From: the human T2T-CHM13v2.0 reference genome, Homo sapiens
DNA length: 64,000 nt
Direction: 5' to 3' (one strand)
Assembly (NCBI RefSeq): GCF_009914755.1
Contig: NC_060925.1
A program made the position numbers and the translations under genes. Shown here one piece after another: positions 14,691 to 28,030 of this stretch (positions are counted from its first letter, which is position 1; each line of letters opens with the position of its first letter). The notes beneath the pieces are model-generated. The model worked only from the letters and a program-made list of their open reading frames with translations. It was not told the DNA's origin and made no database searches.

Positions 14691-14759
14691 TTAGGCAGCT
14701 AATTTCTTGTTCTTTCAGTATTTCCACATATGTTTCTGGCAATTAAAACATCTTTTTCT

Positions 14760-15059
14760 GCCAGGGTCAGTGGCTCACATCTGTAATCCCAGCATTTTGG
14801 GAGGCTGAGGCAAGAGGGTCACTTTAGCCCAGGAGTTCAACACTAGCCTGGGCAATATAGGGAGATTCCATCTCTACAAAAATAAAAATAAATTAGCAGG
14901 GCATGGTGGCACATGCCTGTAGTTCCAGCTACTCAGGAGGCTGGGGCAGGAGGATCATTTGAGCCCAGGAGTTCAGGGGTGCAGTGAGCCCGTGATTGCA
15001 CCACTGCACTCCAGCCTCTGTGTCAGAGCAAGACCTTGTCTCAAAAAAGAAAAAAAAAA
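14760..15059 (+). mobile_element. AluJ
   Basis: Full dimer, J-type (ggaggatcatttgagcccagg). Confidence 0.95.
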
Positions 15060-15802
15060 TTGTTTTTCTCTGGGAAGTTTGGTGGAGTGGAACAGGGGAG
15101 AGAACAAGCCCCCTATCCCTCCACGTCCTCTCCTCCAGCATCGTTCTTACAATGAAGGATGGTCTTTGCAGCTGATATCTTCTTATACTCCCCTGTTCCT
15201 TTCCTGGGCAGATGTCCTGGCGATACGGCCAAGGACATCCCTCTGGGAGCTGAGAGTGGAAGTGGGAGCCCTTTATTTTTGCCCAGCGCCGGCATCAAGG
15301 CTGTCCTCAGAACTACCTGAAACATAACAGTGCACAATTCACTGGAGGAGGAAGAGTGTGGAGAGCCTCAAAAAGAAGACAGGATCCTGGGGAAGCCAGT
15401 GCAGGGACGTCACGCTCTGTCTCACACGCCTTGACTGCAAAGACATAGCACTGATAGGTAAGAAACAAATCAAAAGCAAAATAACTGGGCTCAACATAAT
15501 TACCTCTGTTATCAAAACAAAAAGTGGTGAAACTAGCATCCTATAGGAAGGGACAGCCTAAAATTTGCATCCTGCAGAGCAGGGGAATTACTAGTGCTCC
15601 ATATGACAGGGGAAGTGGAATAATTTTCATTGCAGGCAGGGACTCGGATGGGTGATGAAAGAAATCGAAAAAGTAAGCTGCTGACACAATAGCATCTGGG
15701 GCTTCAGCTTTGTACGCTGTGGAAAGGAAGCGTTTGTGACAAAGAACCTAAATCAAATGTCGTGTCTGTGGATATGATAGCCCTAATGTTGCTAGGGTAG
15801 GT

Positions 15803-16272
15803 ATGTTGGCTAATTTCATGTGTCAACTTGACTGGGCTAAGGGATGCCCAGGTAGCCGGTAACCCATCATTTCAAGGTCTGTCTGTGAGGGTATTTCTGG
15901 AAGAGATTAGCACAGGAGTCAGTAGACTGAGTGAGAAGATCTCCCTTACCCATGGGGTGGGCACCATCCCATCCAGTGAAGGCCCAAATAGAACAAAAAG
16001 GCAGACGAAGGTGATGGATTGGCTCACACTCTTTGAGCTGGGTCATCCGTTTTCTCTTGCTCTCAAACATCAGAGGTCCTGGTTCTCAAGCCTTTGCACT
16101 TTGCACTGAAAGAAAATGACACCACCAGCTTTCCTGGTTCTCCAGTTTGCAGGCAACAGATCACGGGACTCCTTGGCCTTCATAACTGCAGGAGCCAATT
16201 CCCACAACAAATCCATGTGAATCTCGTAAGTATCTTACAGGTTCTTTTTCCCTGGAGAACCCTGCCTAATAT
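15803..16272 (+). mobile_element. MLT2 (ERVL) solo LTR
   Basis: aatttcatgtgtcaacttgactgggctaagggatgccca...ccctggagaaccctgcctaata. Confidence 0.88.
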
Positions 16273-16718
16273 GGGAGGAGAGCCGTGTAACAGTGGACAC
16301 GATTCAGGATTAGAGACCTGGATGCAACAACTCGAAGCAGCTGTGAAATCACCGGGAAGGAGAGGGAAATGGGGGGAGTAGGTGAGGTGGAGAGAGAGAA
16401 AACAAACACAAACCTCCCACTCACAATCAGAGCACAAACCCAATCCCGAAACATAAAGAAATCTAATGAGAATGAAGTTAAGACCCTGAATGTGAATTGG
16501 TTTCTGATTAAATCAATTTTATGGAACAGCCTAGAAAAGATTTTTTTTTAAAAAAAGAATGTTTATAATGCACAAAGATATAAATGAAATAATATCTTTC
16601 ATTTTAAGACACCAAGAAAATGTGGAGAGGGAAAAAATAAAAGAACGGTTATATATGAATAAGAAACAACTAGAAGGCTTGAAATATAAAAATAGATTCC
16701 TTTAAAAATTCAGTATAG

Positions 16719-17012
16719 GGTCAGGTGAGGTGGCTCACACCTGTAATCCCAGCACTTCGGGAGGCTGAGGTGGGTGGATCACCTGAGGTCAGGAGTTCGA
16801 GACCCCTTGACCAACATGGTGAAACCCGTCTCTACTAAAAATACAAAATTAGCCAGGTGTGGTGGTGCAAGCCTGTAATCCCAGCTACTCGGGAGGCTGA
16901 GGCTGGAGAATTGCTTAAACTGGGAGGTGGAGGTTGCAGTGAGCCAAGATTGCGCCATTGCATTCCAGCCTGGGCAACAAGAGCAAAACTCCATCTCAAA
17001 AAAAAAAAAAAA
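16719..17012 (+). mobile_element. AluS (Sq/Sx-like)
   Basis: Full dimer; TSD about aaaa(t)tcagtata. Confidence 0.96.
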
Positions 17013-17128
17013 TCAGTATATGAGATCAAGCTAGACTTGACACAATCAAATAAAGAATATGTTAATTAGAAGAGAATACTGAAGAATTCTTGTGGAACAC
17101 AGCATAGGGAAACAACAAGAAAAAATGA

Positions 17129-17250
17129 GGCCCAGCACGATGGCTAATGCTTGCAATCCCAGTACTTTGGGAGGCTGAGCCCAGGGTTCAAGACCAGCCT
17201 GGGCAACATAGCAAGACTTTGTCTCTTTAAAAAAGAAAAAGAAAAAGAAA
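17129..17250 (+). mobile_element. FLAM
   Basis: Monomer with an internal deletion and A-rich tail. Confidence 0.85.
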
Positions 17251-19360
17251 ATTTAACTATATGTCTGTGTGTTTGTATACATATACATATATCTGATATT
17301 GAATATATATACATATACATATACACATACAAGCAGTTAAGAAATACAGAGACTAAATTAAGAAATTCATAGATTCATTTAAAAGAATTCCAAAAATAAG
17401 TGAATGTTGGGAATGACAGAGAAGTAATATTTGTAAATGCTAATAATTAATGATTTTCCATAATTGAAGAAAGACATGAAATTCTAGAGAAAGGTGTTCT
17501 CAGCTCTCTAGTATAAATCCACAGCTGGATTCATCATAGTGAAACTATATACAACTACACAGGTAAAGAAAAAATCTTAAGCTATAAGAGAGAAGTGATG
17601 AATTATTTGCAATGAAATAACAATTAGGTATTTGACAAACTTTATATCATCCTCAGTGGAAGTCAAAAGAGAATGGAATAATAGCTTCAAAATGCTGAGG
17701 AGAAATAACCATCAACCTGGAATTTTATACGGAGTTAAACTAACATTTAACAGTGAGAGTGATATAAAAATGTTCACAGATATGCAAAGATTAAGGTTGC
17801 TTCCACCCAAACAGACTCTCACTGTAAGATGTCCTTTAGCAAGGTGGGGGGAAAAAACAATTAAACCCAAAGAGAAATTGTGGTATGGAAGGGGAAAAAA
17901 ATGATGAGTATGAAAGTTGATAGAATATCAATTATAATTAACTATGGAGAGTACAAATACAAATACAATATAACTTTTATTTCAAAAGCAAAGCTAAAGC
18001 TGTTTACACTCATAGCAAAAAGGAGGTAGGTGTGATTACGATCAATGGGTGTTTGAAGAATTCCAAACCAATGAGGGACAAAGGTGAAATGGGGAGTCTT
18101 CAGGCAGGGATGATCGGGAGAGGAGAATCAATGTCCCAAAAAGAATCAGAAGGGGAAAAAGTAGCCAAACAGATACTTGAAGAAAAACATTGGAAATGAT
18201 AAGTCACAATATATCACACATATGAAACCTAATTAAATTCAACAAAAAGCAAAGATTATCAGATTAGAATTTTACAGCTATATATAAAAGATTCAATCTG
18301 TCAGGAAGATGTAATAATTCTAAATTTGTACATAGCTTATAACATAGACCAAAAATATATGAAGCAAAAACTGACTTAACCAAAGGAGAAACAGTCAAAT
18401 CCAAAATCACAGGGAGAGATATTATATTAACACACCTCTCTCAGTAGCTAATAAAGAAGACCTAAATACTTGGTAATAATATAAAAAAATTGAAAAATAT
18501 GATTCACACACTTGCACTGATTCACACATTTAGAACACTGTACTTGAGAACTAAATAATAGTCATTCTTTTCAAGTACACCTGTACCCTTTATAATACTG
18601 ACCACACAGCAAGTCTTAGCAACTTTGAAAATATCAAAATCATATAGAGTATATTATCCTACTACAGCAAAATTAAACTAGAAATCAATCACATAAAAGC
18701 TAGAAAATCCCTACATATATTTGGAAATTAAGTAATACACTGCTATATTATTTAAGAGTCAAAGAAGAAATCACAACAAAAATGAGAAAGTATTTAGAAA
18801 TTATGATAAATATTACATACCAAAACTTAGGGAAGTCTGCTAAAGTGATGCTTAAAGGAAAAATTTTAGTTTTAAATGCATATGATTAGAAAAGAAGAAA
18901 GACTGAAAATCAGTGTTTCAAGCATCTGTCTCAAGAAGTTGGTGGGGTGGAAATGGCAAATTAAACAAAAGAAAGTAAAATGAACAAAATGAAAATATAA
19001 AACTAGAAGTTAATAAAATAGAAAGCAAACATATTAATATAAGAGAGAATCAGCAAAGCCAAATGCTGGTTATTGGAAAAGGCTAATGAAATTAATAAAT
19101 CCATAGTAAGACTAATCAAGAGAAAAAGAGAGAAGGGAAAATTAAAAATACTAGAAATGAAAAGGCAGACATAACTCTATATCCTCATATATTAAAAAGA
19201 TAATAGGATGATATTATGAGCAACTTTATAACAATTAACTAGAAAATTAGATTAAATGACCACTTTTTTAGAAATCACTTACTAAATGGACACAAAAAGA
19301 GAGACAATCTAGTCTTACAGCTATTAAAGTGAATCTTATATAAAAGACCTTCCCATGCCT

Positions 19361-19724
<364 letters not shown>

Positions 19725-19830
19725 CTATTCGAGAGAATGGAAAAGGAGAGAATACTTCCCAACTCACTGTTTGAGAGTGAACAAGTTCATTTCCAAGAAG
19801 AAAATTATAGGGTCAACTCTCCCATAAATA

Positions 19831-20115
19831 CAAAAGAAAGAAAAAGAGAAAGGGAGAAGGAAGAGAGGGAGGAGGGAGGAAAGAAGGAAGGGAGAAATAA
19901 AGGGGAAAAGGAGGAAGGAAAGGGGGGAGGGAGGAAGGAAATACCGGAGGGAGGAAGGAAATACCGGAGGGAGGAAGGAAAGGGGGGAGGGAGGAAGGAA
20001 ATACCGGAGGGAGGAAGGAAATACCGGAGGGAGGGAGGAAAGGGGGGAGGGAGGAAGGAAATACCGGAGGGAGGCAGGAAAGAAGGAAGGGAGGGAAAAA
20101 GGGAAGAAAGGGAGA
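19831..20115. repeat. GA-rich low-complexity tract containing a 20-bp/60-bp higher-order tandem repeat
   Basis: Units ggagggaggaaggaaa + (gggg or tacc) at about 19911-20080. Confidence 0.95.
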
Positions 20116-20224
20116 TAGGCAAAGTCAAACCAATCGACATCAATAAAATATAATAAGGATAGAACATCATGTCATCCATAGGGGGGTTTATTCTGAGAAT
20201 GCAAAGTTGGTTTAATATTCACAC

Positions 20225-20540
20225 ATATGAAATAGGAATGTATCAGAGTTTGATTTCCTGCCTTCAATGAATTCCTGCCATAGAATGTCTCTGTTCTTAG
20301 TAAATATAAAGTGAAGTATTTAGGGGTAAAAGGACATACTATCTCCAATTTAGTCTAAAATGGTACCAAAAATAAACAACATGCTCATATATATGTGTGT
20401 AAAGAAAGAACGATAAAGCAAATGAGGCAAAAAGTAAACAACTGGTAAATCTGGGTAAAGGGTTGTAAGAGTTTCTTGTACAAATCTTCAATTTTTACAT
20501 GTTTTAAATGATAACCAAAATTAAAAATTATCCAAAAAAA
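20225..20540 (+). mobile_element. L1MC-type 3' end inserted into the older L1
   Basis: gaagtatttaggggtaaaagg...gataaagcaaatgaggcaaaa...ggtaaatctgggtaaaggg. Confidence 0.7.
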
Positions 20541-21277
20541 GTGTAATTCACCTTGTAGACAAAAAAGAAGAGAAAAATCATATGATCATTTCAATAAATG
20601 CAGAGGATAATTTGATGAAATTCAACATTCATTCATGACATAAATGCTTGGCAACCTAGAAGTAGAGGGACACTACCTAAAACTGATGAAGGGCATCTAT
20701 ATAAAACCTACAGGAGACATCATATTTAATGGGAAAATGTTGAAACTTTTTCTCTGAGGCAAGGAGTGAGATAATGATGCTACTGCCACAACTTATATTC
20801 AACAGGACCTCCAGCAAAATACAAACCTGCCCTAGAGAAACAAACAAAATGCCTCCTCACTGCAGGCTTCTTACTCACCCACCAAAAAAAGATGGAGCTA
20901 AACTTAGGTGGTCTTTGCTAATCTGACATTAGATGGGCCATTACCTCTCTCCAAGGATGAAGTGGGTGAAGGGAAGGAAGTGTGCTTGGGGAAACTCCTT
21001 CCGGATAGAAACCAAGATCAAAGAGCAAGGTTCTCCTCTAACAATGTTCAAGGCTCTTTGAAGAAAGTTACAAAATATTATCAAAAGGCATAAAAGAAAT
21101 CCTGAATAAATGGAGGATTAGACCGCATTCATGAATGAGAAGACTACATATCATAAAGATGCCGATTCTTTAGAAACTCTCCACAGTTCTCTAAATCTGA
21201 TGAGTTCAGATAAAACTTGACATGCTGATCCAAGAAAAAAAAAATGTATATGGGAGAACAAATGCCAAAAATAGCTA

Positions 21278-21430
<153 letters not shown>

Positions 21431-21789
21431 TTATCAATGAAACTTTAAAAGAAAGGAAACAACCTAAAATATAGAAATAACTCTCAAAATTCACCATAAA
21501 AGGACAGATAATCCAAGTAAATAATGGGAAATACTTGAACAGGCATTTCACAGAAGAAGACCTACAGATGGCATGTGAGCATGTGAAGGGACTTTAGGCT
21601 TCCCCACCTATGAGGGAAAGGCATGTTGGAACCACAATGGGATATTTCTGCACACCTATAAGAGTGACTTATAAAATATGGTGGCAACCCACATGTTGAC
21701 GAGGCTGTGGAGAAACTGGCTCACTCATACCCTGCTGATGCACACCAGCTCTTGGCATTTCCCACCCTGTTTTTGCCATCCCCACGTGT

Positions 21790-22025
21790 TAAGGGGGTAT
21801 CTCGTTGCCATTTTGTACATTTCCCCGATGACTGGTGAGGTTTGGCATCTGTTGTGTCAAGGCCCATTTTGCTTTCTTCTTTGGTAAAATGTCTTCCATT
21901 CATTTTCTTGTTGGGTCATCCATCTCTTTCTTCTTCATTTGTAGGATTTTTGCTTGTTTTTACTAAATACTAGATGAGTCCATATCTTCTCCCACTCTGT
22001 GAGTTGCCTTTTTCATCTTTTGTGT
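21790..22025 (-). mobile_element. L1M ORF2 3' fragment, antisense
   Basis: ggtatctcgttgccattttgtacatttcccc...tcttctttggtaaaatgtct...tcttctcccactctgtg. Confidence 0.7.
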
Positions 22026-22029
22026 GTGT

Positions 22030-22240
22030 TTTTTAAAAACAACCAAAAAGGGTATTCTCACAAGCTTGTACAGGCAGAGAATATCTCTAGAAGGACAGGC
22101 AAGAAACTGGTACTGGGGGCTGCTACTGAGGAGGGAAGTGAAGTGCCGGGGGAAGGAGGTGTGGGAGATACACTTTTCTCTGTGTCCTTTTGCATACTTT
22201 TTTTGCAAATCATCATGTGCAAAGGCATGTGTTTTGAACT
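22030..22240 (+). mobile_element. L1ME-type 3' end fragment
   Basis: atatctctagaaggacaggcaagaaactggta...acttttctctgtgtccttttgcatac. Confidence 0.55.
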
Positions 22241-22429
22241 TTGAGACAACGGAAAGGCACCAGATAGCCATCATGAAGTAGGTGCTAACTTTTCCTCTAA
22301 TTGTATTTCACAATAGTTGCAGTGGCAAGGAAAAGGCTAAGTGTCCCTGTCCTAGCCAGTACCTTTCATGATTGAGCCTGTGCCCTCTGGTCCTCTAAGT
22401 TCAGGAAATGCATCCCCTGGCATTCTAAC

Positions 22430-22583
22430 TGTGGGGCAGCACAGTGTAGCATGGTAGCAATGAGAGCAGCTTCTGCAGCCAGACTACCTTGATTGTCACC
22501 CAGCTCCTCCACCATCTCTTGTATGACCTCAGCAGAGTCACCTGGCCTTTCTATGCCTCTGCTAAGGAACACGGCAATTCCTA
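22430..22583 (+). mobile_element. MIR
   Basis: gcagcacagtgtagcatgg...gtatgacctcagcagagtcacct. Confidence 0.6.
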
Positions 22584-23005
22584 CTGTGGTCGATGTCCCC
22601 TGATGGTCCCCGCCTCTGTGACTGAGGCGATGGGACCCCACTTCCAAGATGAGGTGACAACGGACTGTGGCTTCCATCCTAGCACACCTTCTCTTGCTGA
22701 CTTGCTGTGAAGAGAGTGAGGTCCCATGTTGCAAGCTGCCCAGTGGAGAGGCCCACGTAGCAAGGAACTAATGTCTCCAGCCAGCAGCCAGTAAGGAACT
22801 GAATCCTGCCAACTAATCCTGCTAACAGCCAGTGAGTAAGCTGCGAAGTGGATCCTCCCCCAACCCAGCCTTAAGATGGCTCCATCCCAGGATCATCTTT
22901 GATTGCAGCCTGGCAAGAGACCCTGAGCCAGAGGGACCCAGCTCAGCCAGGCCCAGATTCCTGAGCCACAGAGCCCTTGAGATAATCAATTGTTGTTTTA
23001 AACCT
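22584..23005 (+). mobile_element. MLT1E/F-like MaLR solo LTR
   Basis: gctgcccagtggagaggcccacgtagcaaggaact...gagaccctgagccagagggacccagct...ttgttgttttaaacc. Confidence 0.8.
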
Positions 23006-23489
23006 ACAGAAACAACAAAAAGAAATAGAAAGACTAGGCAATGTCTCTCCTGAAAAATTTATCATTCACCTGTCCAGAGCAAGGGGTCAGACAGACCAAT
23101 GGATTATACAGAACCCCTTCCAGTGAGGGAACCCTATGAAGTTCTCAAAATAAGACAGTAAATCCTTGCTGTTTAAACAAAGTGCTCAAGGCAACTGGTG
23201 ATTTGGTGAATTTAATTTCCTGGTTAACTGGATGAATCTTTCTGATGGGATCTTAGAGCTTCGTTGTACCTCACAGATCATTACACACATAAGGAAGCTG
23301 AAGCTGAGAATCATTACCTTCTGCAAGTCGTGAGGCTTTCTCATGGCAAACCCTCGCGCAGTGCCTGCCACACAGTAGAAGCTCAATAAATAACTGTTCA
23401 AAGGAGGAAGGAAGGGAGAACAGGTGGCAGGGAGAAAGGAAGGGATTCTTTGCCTCTTTATTGGCGAAACTTCTTAAATTCTTGGCTGC

Positions 23490-23660
23490 AGTGCAAGGAA
23501 AGCTTGGACTCCCAGTCAGGAGACTTGAATTCAAGTCCCAGCTCCACACTTAGATGTGTAGCCTGGGCGACCCCTTGACCTCCCACTTCCCACCTTACAC
23601 CTTACCTGCCCAGGTGTAAAACAGGAAAAAATGATACTTCCCATGTGGTATACAGATTTT
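23490..23660 (+). mobile_element. MIR
   Basis: ggactcccagtcaggagacttgaattcaagtcccagctccac. Confidence 0.65.
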
Positions 23661-23727
23661 GCTCTCCTTATTTCTAAATTGTGTTGTCCACTGCATTATC
23701 TTAAAAAGCAAACTATAAAAACATCCG

Positions 23728-24031
23728 GGCCGGGTGCAGTGGCTCATGCCAGTAATCCCAGCACTTTAGGAGGCCAAAGGGAGCAAATTGCTTGAGCCCA
23801 GGAGTTCAAGACCAGCCCAGGCAACATGGTGAAACCCTGTCTCTACAAAAAATGAGCCAGGCTTGAGGAATGTGCCTGTAGTCCCAGCTACTCAGGAGGC
23901 TGAGATGGGAGGATCGATTGAGCCCTGGAGTTCGAGGCTGCAGTGAACCAAGATTGCACCACTGCACTCCAGCTGGGGCAACAGAGCAAAACCTTGTTTC
24001 AAAAAATGAAAAAGAAAAGGGAAAAAAAAAG
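23728..24031 (+). mobile_element. AluJ
   Basis: Full dimer; TSD about aaaa(c/t)atcc. Confidence 0.96.
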
Positions 24032-24129
24032 AAAATATCCCCCCAGCACACAGGAGAGGGTTGCTATTTGGGAGAGCGAAATCCATTTTCATCTTCACCT
24101 CACACTGACACAAATTTTAAGTGAATTTC

Positions 24130-24510
24130 AAAGTCCTGTGTAAATTACAGTACATGTACACTGTATAATATTACACAGTTAAGAAGAATAAGGCAAAGCT
24201 ATGTGCACTGGCATGGAAAGATCTCCAAAACTAGTGTCCTGTGAAGAAAACCAAGCTGTTGAATGATATGTACTGTATACATGTCTATTTTCCTATATAA
24301 AAATAAATGCCACATACATGTGCACGCACACACACACACACACACACGCCTCAAATTGAGAGAAACTCTGAAGAATTCACCCATCAATTGTTAACAGTAG
24401 TTGTCTCTGGGAAAGGTAGTGCAATTGTGTGTGAATGTGGTATTTTCATTTCTCATGAAAACTCACACACACGTTTCTTGAATTTTTTAATGTGTACGAA
24501 TTAATTTCAA
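24130..24510 (+). mobile_element. L1ME-type 3' UTR fragment containing (CA)n
   Basis: ggcatggaaagatctccaa...ttgttaacagtagttgtctctggg. Confidence 0.6.
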
Positions 24511-24516
24511 ATTTTA

Positions 24517-24945
<429 letters not shown>

Positions 24946-25013
24946 CTAGAATTAATTACATTAAATGCTCTGATGTCAAAAAATAAAGAAAATTTAAAAG
25001 TAAAGAAAAACGC

Positions 25014-25348
25014 TTAGCCTGGTGTGGTGGTGTGCACTTGTAGTCCCAGCTACTTAGGAGCGTGAGGTGGGAGGATCACTTGAGCCCAGGAGGTTAAGGC
25101 TGCAGTGAGCCATGTTTGTGCCACTGCATTCCAGTGTGGGCAACAGAGAAAGACCTCATCTCTACTAAAAATCAAAAGCATTAGCTGGTCATGTTGGTGT
25201 GCGCCTGTGCTCCCAGCTACCTGGGAGGCTGAGACAGAAAGGGCACCTGAGCCCAGGAGTTCAAGGCTGCGGTGAGCTGTGATTGCACCACGACACTCCA
25301 GCCTGGGTAGCAGAGTGAGGTCCTCTCTCAAAAAGAAAAAAAAGAAAA
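25014..25348 (+). mobile_element. Atypical Alu dimer made of two right-arm (FRAM/J-type) monomers
   Basis: Both monomers contain the right-arm-specific ggctgc(a/g)gtgagc...ccac...ca(c/t)tccag segment. Confidence 0.85.
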
Positions 25349-26496
25349 CCAGTTAACAAAAACTGGAAAATAATTTAGCACCAAATATGACAAGGAGGCA
25401 AATCCTTTCTATTATAAAGGATTACAATGAAAAAAAAAAAAAAGCAAGCCCTGCCCCTTCAGCCCCAGATTCTGGTGTGTAGCACACATTGGAAATGATC
25501 ACCCATGCCCTAATTTTACCGACTAGAAAACGGACATGAAGCTGGCGAGTCACATGCCCCAAGTAAACAAGCTGCACACCCTGAGCTCGCCTGTCCCAGC
25601 AAGGCCTCCTGAGAGGGGAGGGGGGACACCAGCCGCTTTCCACCCACCCCTCCATCACCTCCCCTGAAATCCTCACACCCTGCGTCTTCCCTGGATCTTG
25701 GCAGAACCCAAATTCCTATCCTGTTTGAAATTCTTTCTGCTATTTCAGATTTCTCTTTGGGGATGAATTGAGGTCTGCCTCCGAAAACGAGAAGTCCAGG
25801 TATGGGAAAAAAGTCTCTAGAATTTGCCACACACTGGGCGGCCTCTGGATCCGTGGGAAGCTCAGTCCTTCTTACATTTTTATCTCAAATGATTTCACTA
25901 CCCTTCCAGCCTCGCAGGGAGAACCCGTGGCGTGTCGCCGGCTGCTCTCTCTTCCTCTACCTGGAAGGGGCATCGGGGGTTGCCCGGTTCAGCCCCAGAA
26001 GGAAAGTGAAACTGACAGGAGAGAAACAGCCTCTCCAAAGTCACATGGACACGAGCCATCATTCCCAACCAACCAAAGGACAGGGCGTCAGCCCGAAGAC
26101 CCTGTGTTCATCCCAGAACGGCTACATTGGACATGAATTTTGAGAATCAGTCTCTGAGGTTCTAGATGGTGCTTTTGTTTCCATCAGTGACTTTCCTGTG
26201 CCCACCCAGAGCGGAAAACAGGGATTCTATGAAGAAGTAGGAGCTCTCTCCCCAGGCCCCACACACAGCCTGGCAACCCTGCCTCCCATGGGCACCGCTA
26301 CTCCTGCCCCAGCACTGACTGGGCATGGGAGGACTCCTAAACCACCACCACCACCTCTCCTAATGTCATGGGCAAGAAGGGGGGAATTCCTGCACCTAAT
26401 AACTCAAATCTGGTAGCCAAGCTGATTTGGGACAGGGATAGACAGTTATTGTTAGAGAGAATATTAGATTAAAGTGTACAATTAAAAGATCTTGTC

Positions 26497-26791
26497 AGCC
26501 ATGTGCGGTGGCTCACGCCTGTAATCCCAACACTTTGGGAGGTTGAGGTGGGTGGATCACTTGAGGTTAGGAGTTTGAGACCAGCCTGGCCAACATGGTG
26601 AAACCCTGTCTTTACTAAAAGTACAGAAATTTAGCAGGGCGTGGTGGTGCACACCTGTAATCCCAGCTACTCAGGAGGGTGAGGCAGGAGAATTGCCTGA
26701 ACCCTGGAGGCAGGGTTGCAGTGAGCCGAGATCACACCACTGCACTCCAGCCTGGGCGACAGGGCAAGACTCCATCAAAAAAAAAAAAAAA
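26497..26791 (+). mobile_element. AluS
   Basis: Full dimer with poly(A). Confidence 0.96.
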
Positions 26792-26934
26792 TACTAATCA
26801 TCCCTTCAAGCACTTACTTTAACATTCAACAAACATCAGGCTCCTAGCAAGTGTATGGGAATTAAGTGTGGACAGATTATTAGTATGCCATCCTTGCCTC
26901 TCGAACAGGTGATGACTTGTAAGAATGAACTGTT

Positions 26935-27160
26935 CAGTGTGGGGCAGGGGACGGAGCATGCATTAGAGTCAGACAGAACTAGATAGAGTTCTAGACAGAG
27001 CTCTGCTGCTTCCTAGAATAAGACTTGAGCACATTATCTAATCTCTCAGTATTTATCTATAAAGTTGGCATAATAATGAAAATCTCCCCCAGATCTTGCA
27101 AGGATTCAGTAACGTAGTACCGTGCTTGGCACAGCATAGTGTTGGGTACATATTAGACAG
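26935..27160 (+). mobile_element. MIR
   Basis: ttagagtcagacagaact...ctctgctgcttccta...atctataaagttggcataataat...gcttggcacag. Confidence 0.7.
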
Positions 27161-27240
27161 TTAAGATTCCAGCCTCCAATCCTCCTCCTTCAGTTTCTTC
27201 ATCTCTAAAGTTTGCTATTGTGTTGGCTTTACCTACCTAT

Positions 27241-27575
27241 AGCTATGAACTGAATGTGTGTATGTCCCCAAAATTCATATGTTGAAGCCTTACTCTCCAA
27301 TGTGACAGTATTTGGAGGTGGGGCCTTTGGGGGATGATCAGGTCATAAGGGTGGGGCCCTGATGAATGGAATTAGTGCCCTTATGAGAACAGACACAAGA
27401 GCACTCTCTCACTCTCTCTGCCACATGAAGATACAGTGAGAAAAAGCCACCTGCCAACCAGGAAGGGGACCCTCGCCAGACTCTGGATCGGCCTGCTCCT
27501 TGATCTTAGACTTCCCAGCCTCCCACCTTCAGAACTCAGGAATAAAATGTTGTTGCTCAAACCACCCAGCCAAGC
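27241..27575 (+). mobile_element. MST (MSTC/D-like) MaLR solo LTR
   Basis: ccccaaaattcatatgttgaagcct...gtatttggaggtggggcctttggg...cttagacttcccagcctc. Confidence 0.85.
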
Positions 27576-27811
27576 CAAGCCAAGACACTATCTCACAAAC
27601 CCAGACTTCCTGACACATAAACCCAAGAGCACCACACAGATACATTTCCTCATAAGGACTGTCAAGTCTCTGATTGAAAAAATTAAGAATTCTATTTAAG
27701 GTGGGTGGATAGACTGGGAATGTGAAAGGACTCTACAAAAATGAATGATACATCTTTGCTTAGATCTGGAATATGCTGGAAAATACTAAGTCACAGACCA
27801 AGTCCTCCTTT

Positions 27812-28030
27812 GCAAAGTCAGCAAACTTTGACCCAAGGGCCGAATTTGTTTCCCCTCCTGCCTATTTTTCTCTTACACTGGAACACAGCCATGCTCATTC
27901 ATGTACGTATTCTCTACAGCTGCTTGTACGCTAAAACCCCAAAAGTGAATAGTTGTAACTGAGCCTGTATGGCCTGCAAAGCCTAAAGTATTGACTATCT
28001 GGCCCTTTCCAGAAAAGTTTTCAACCCCTG
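27812..28030 (+). mobile_element. MER58A hAT MITE, near full length
   Basis: Ends gtcagcaaact and aagttttcaacccctg; internal ggaacacagccatgctcattc and ggcctgcaaagcctaaa. Confidence 0.88.

Noticed and set aside
19737-20179. 138-aa and 124-aa repetitive ORFs on opposite strands
   Set aside because: Stop-free GA-rich tandem repeat inside an L1
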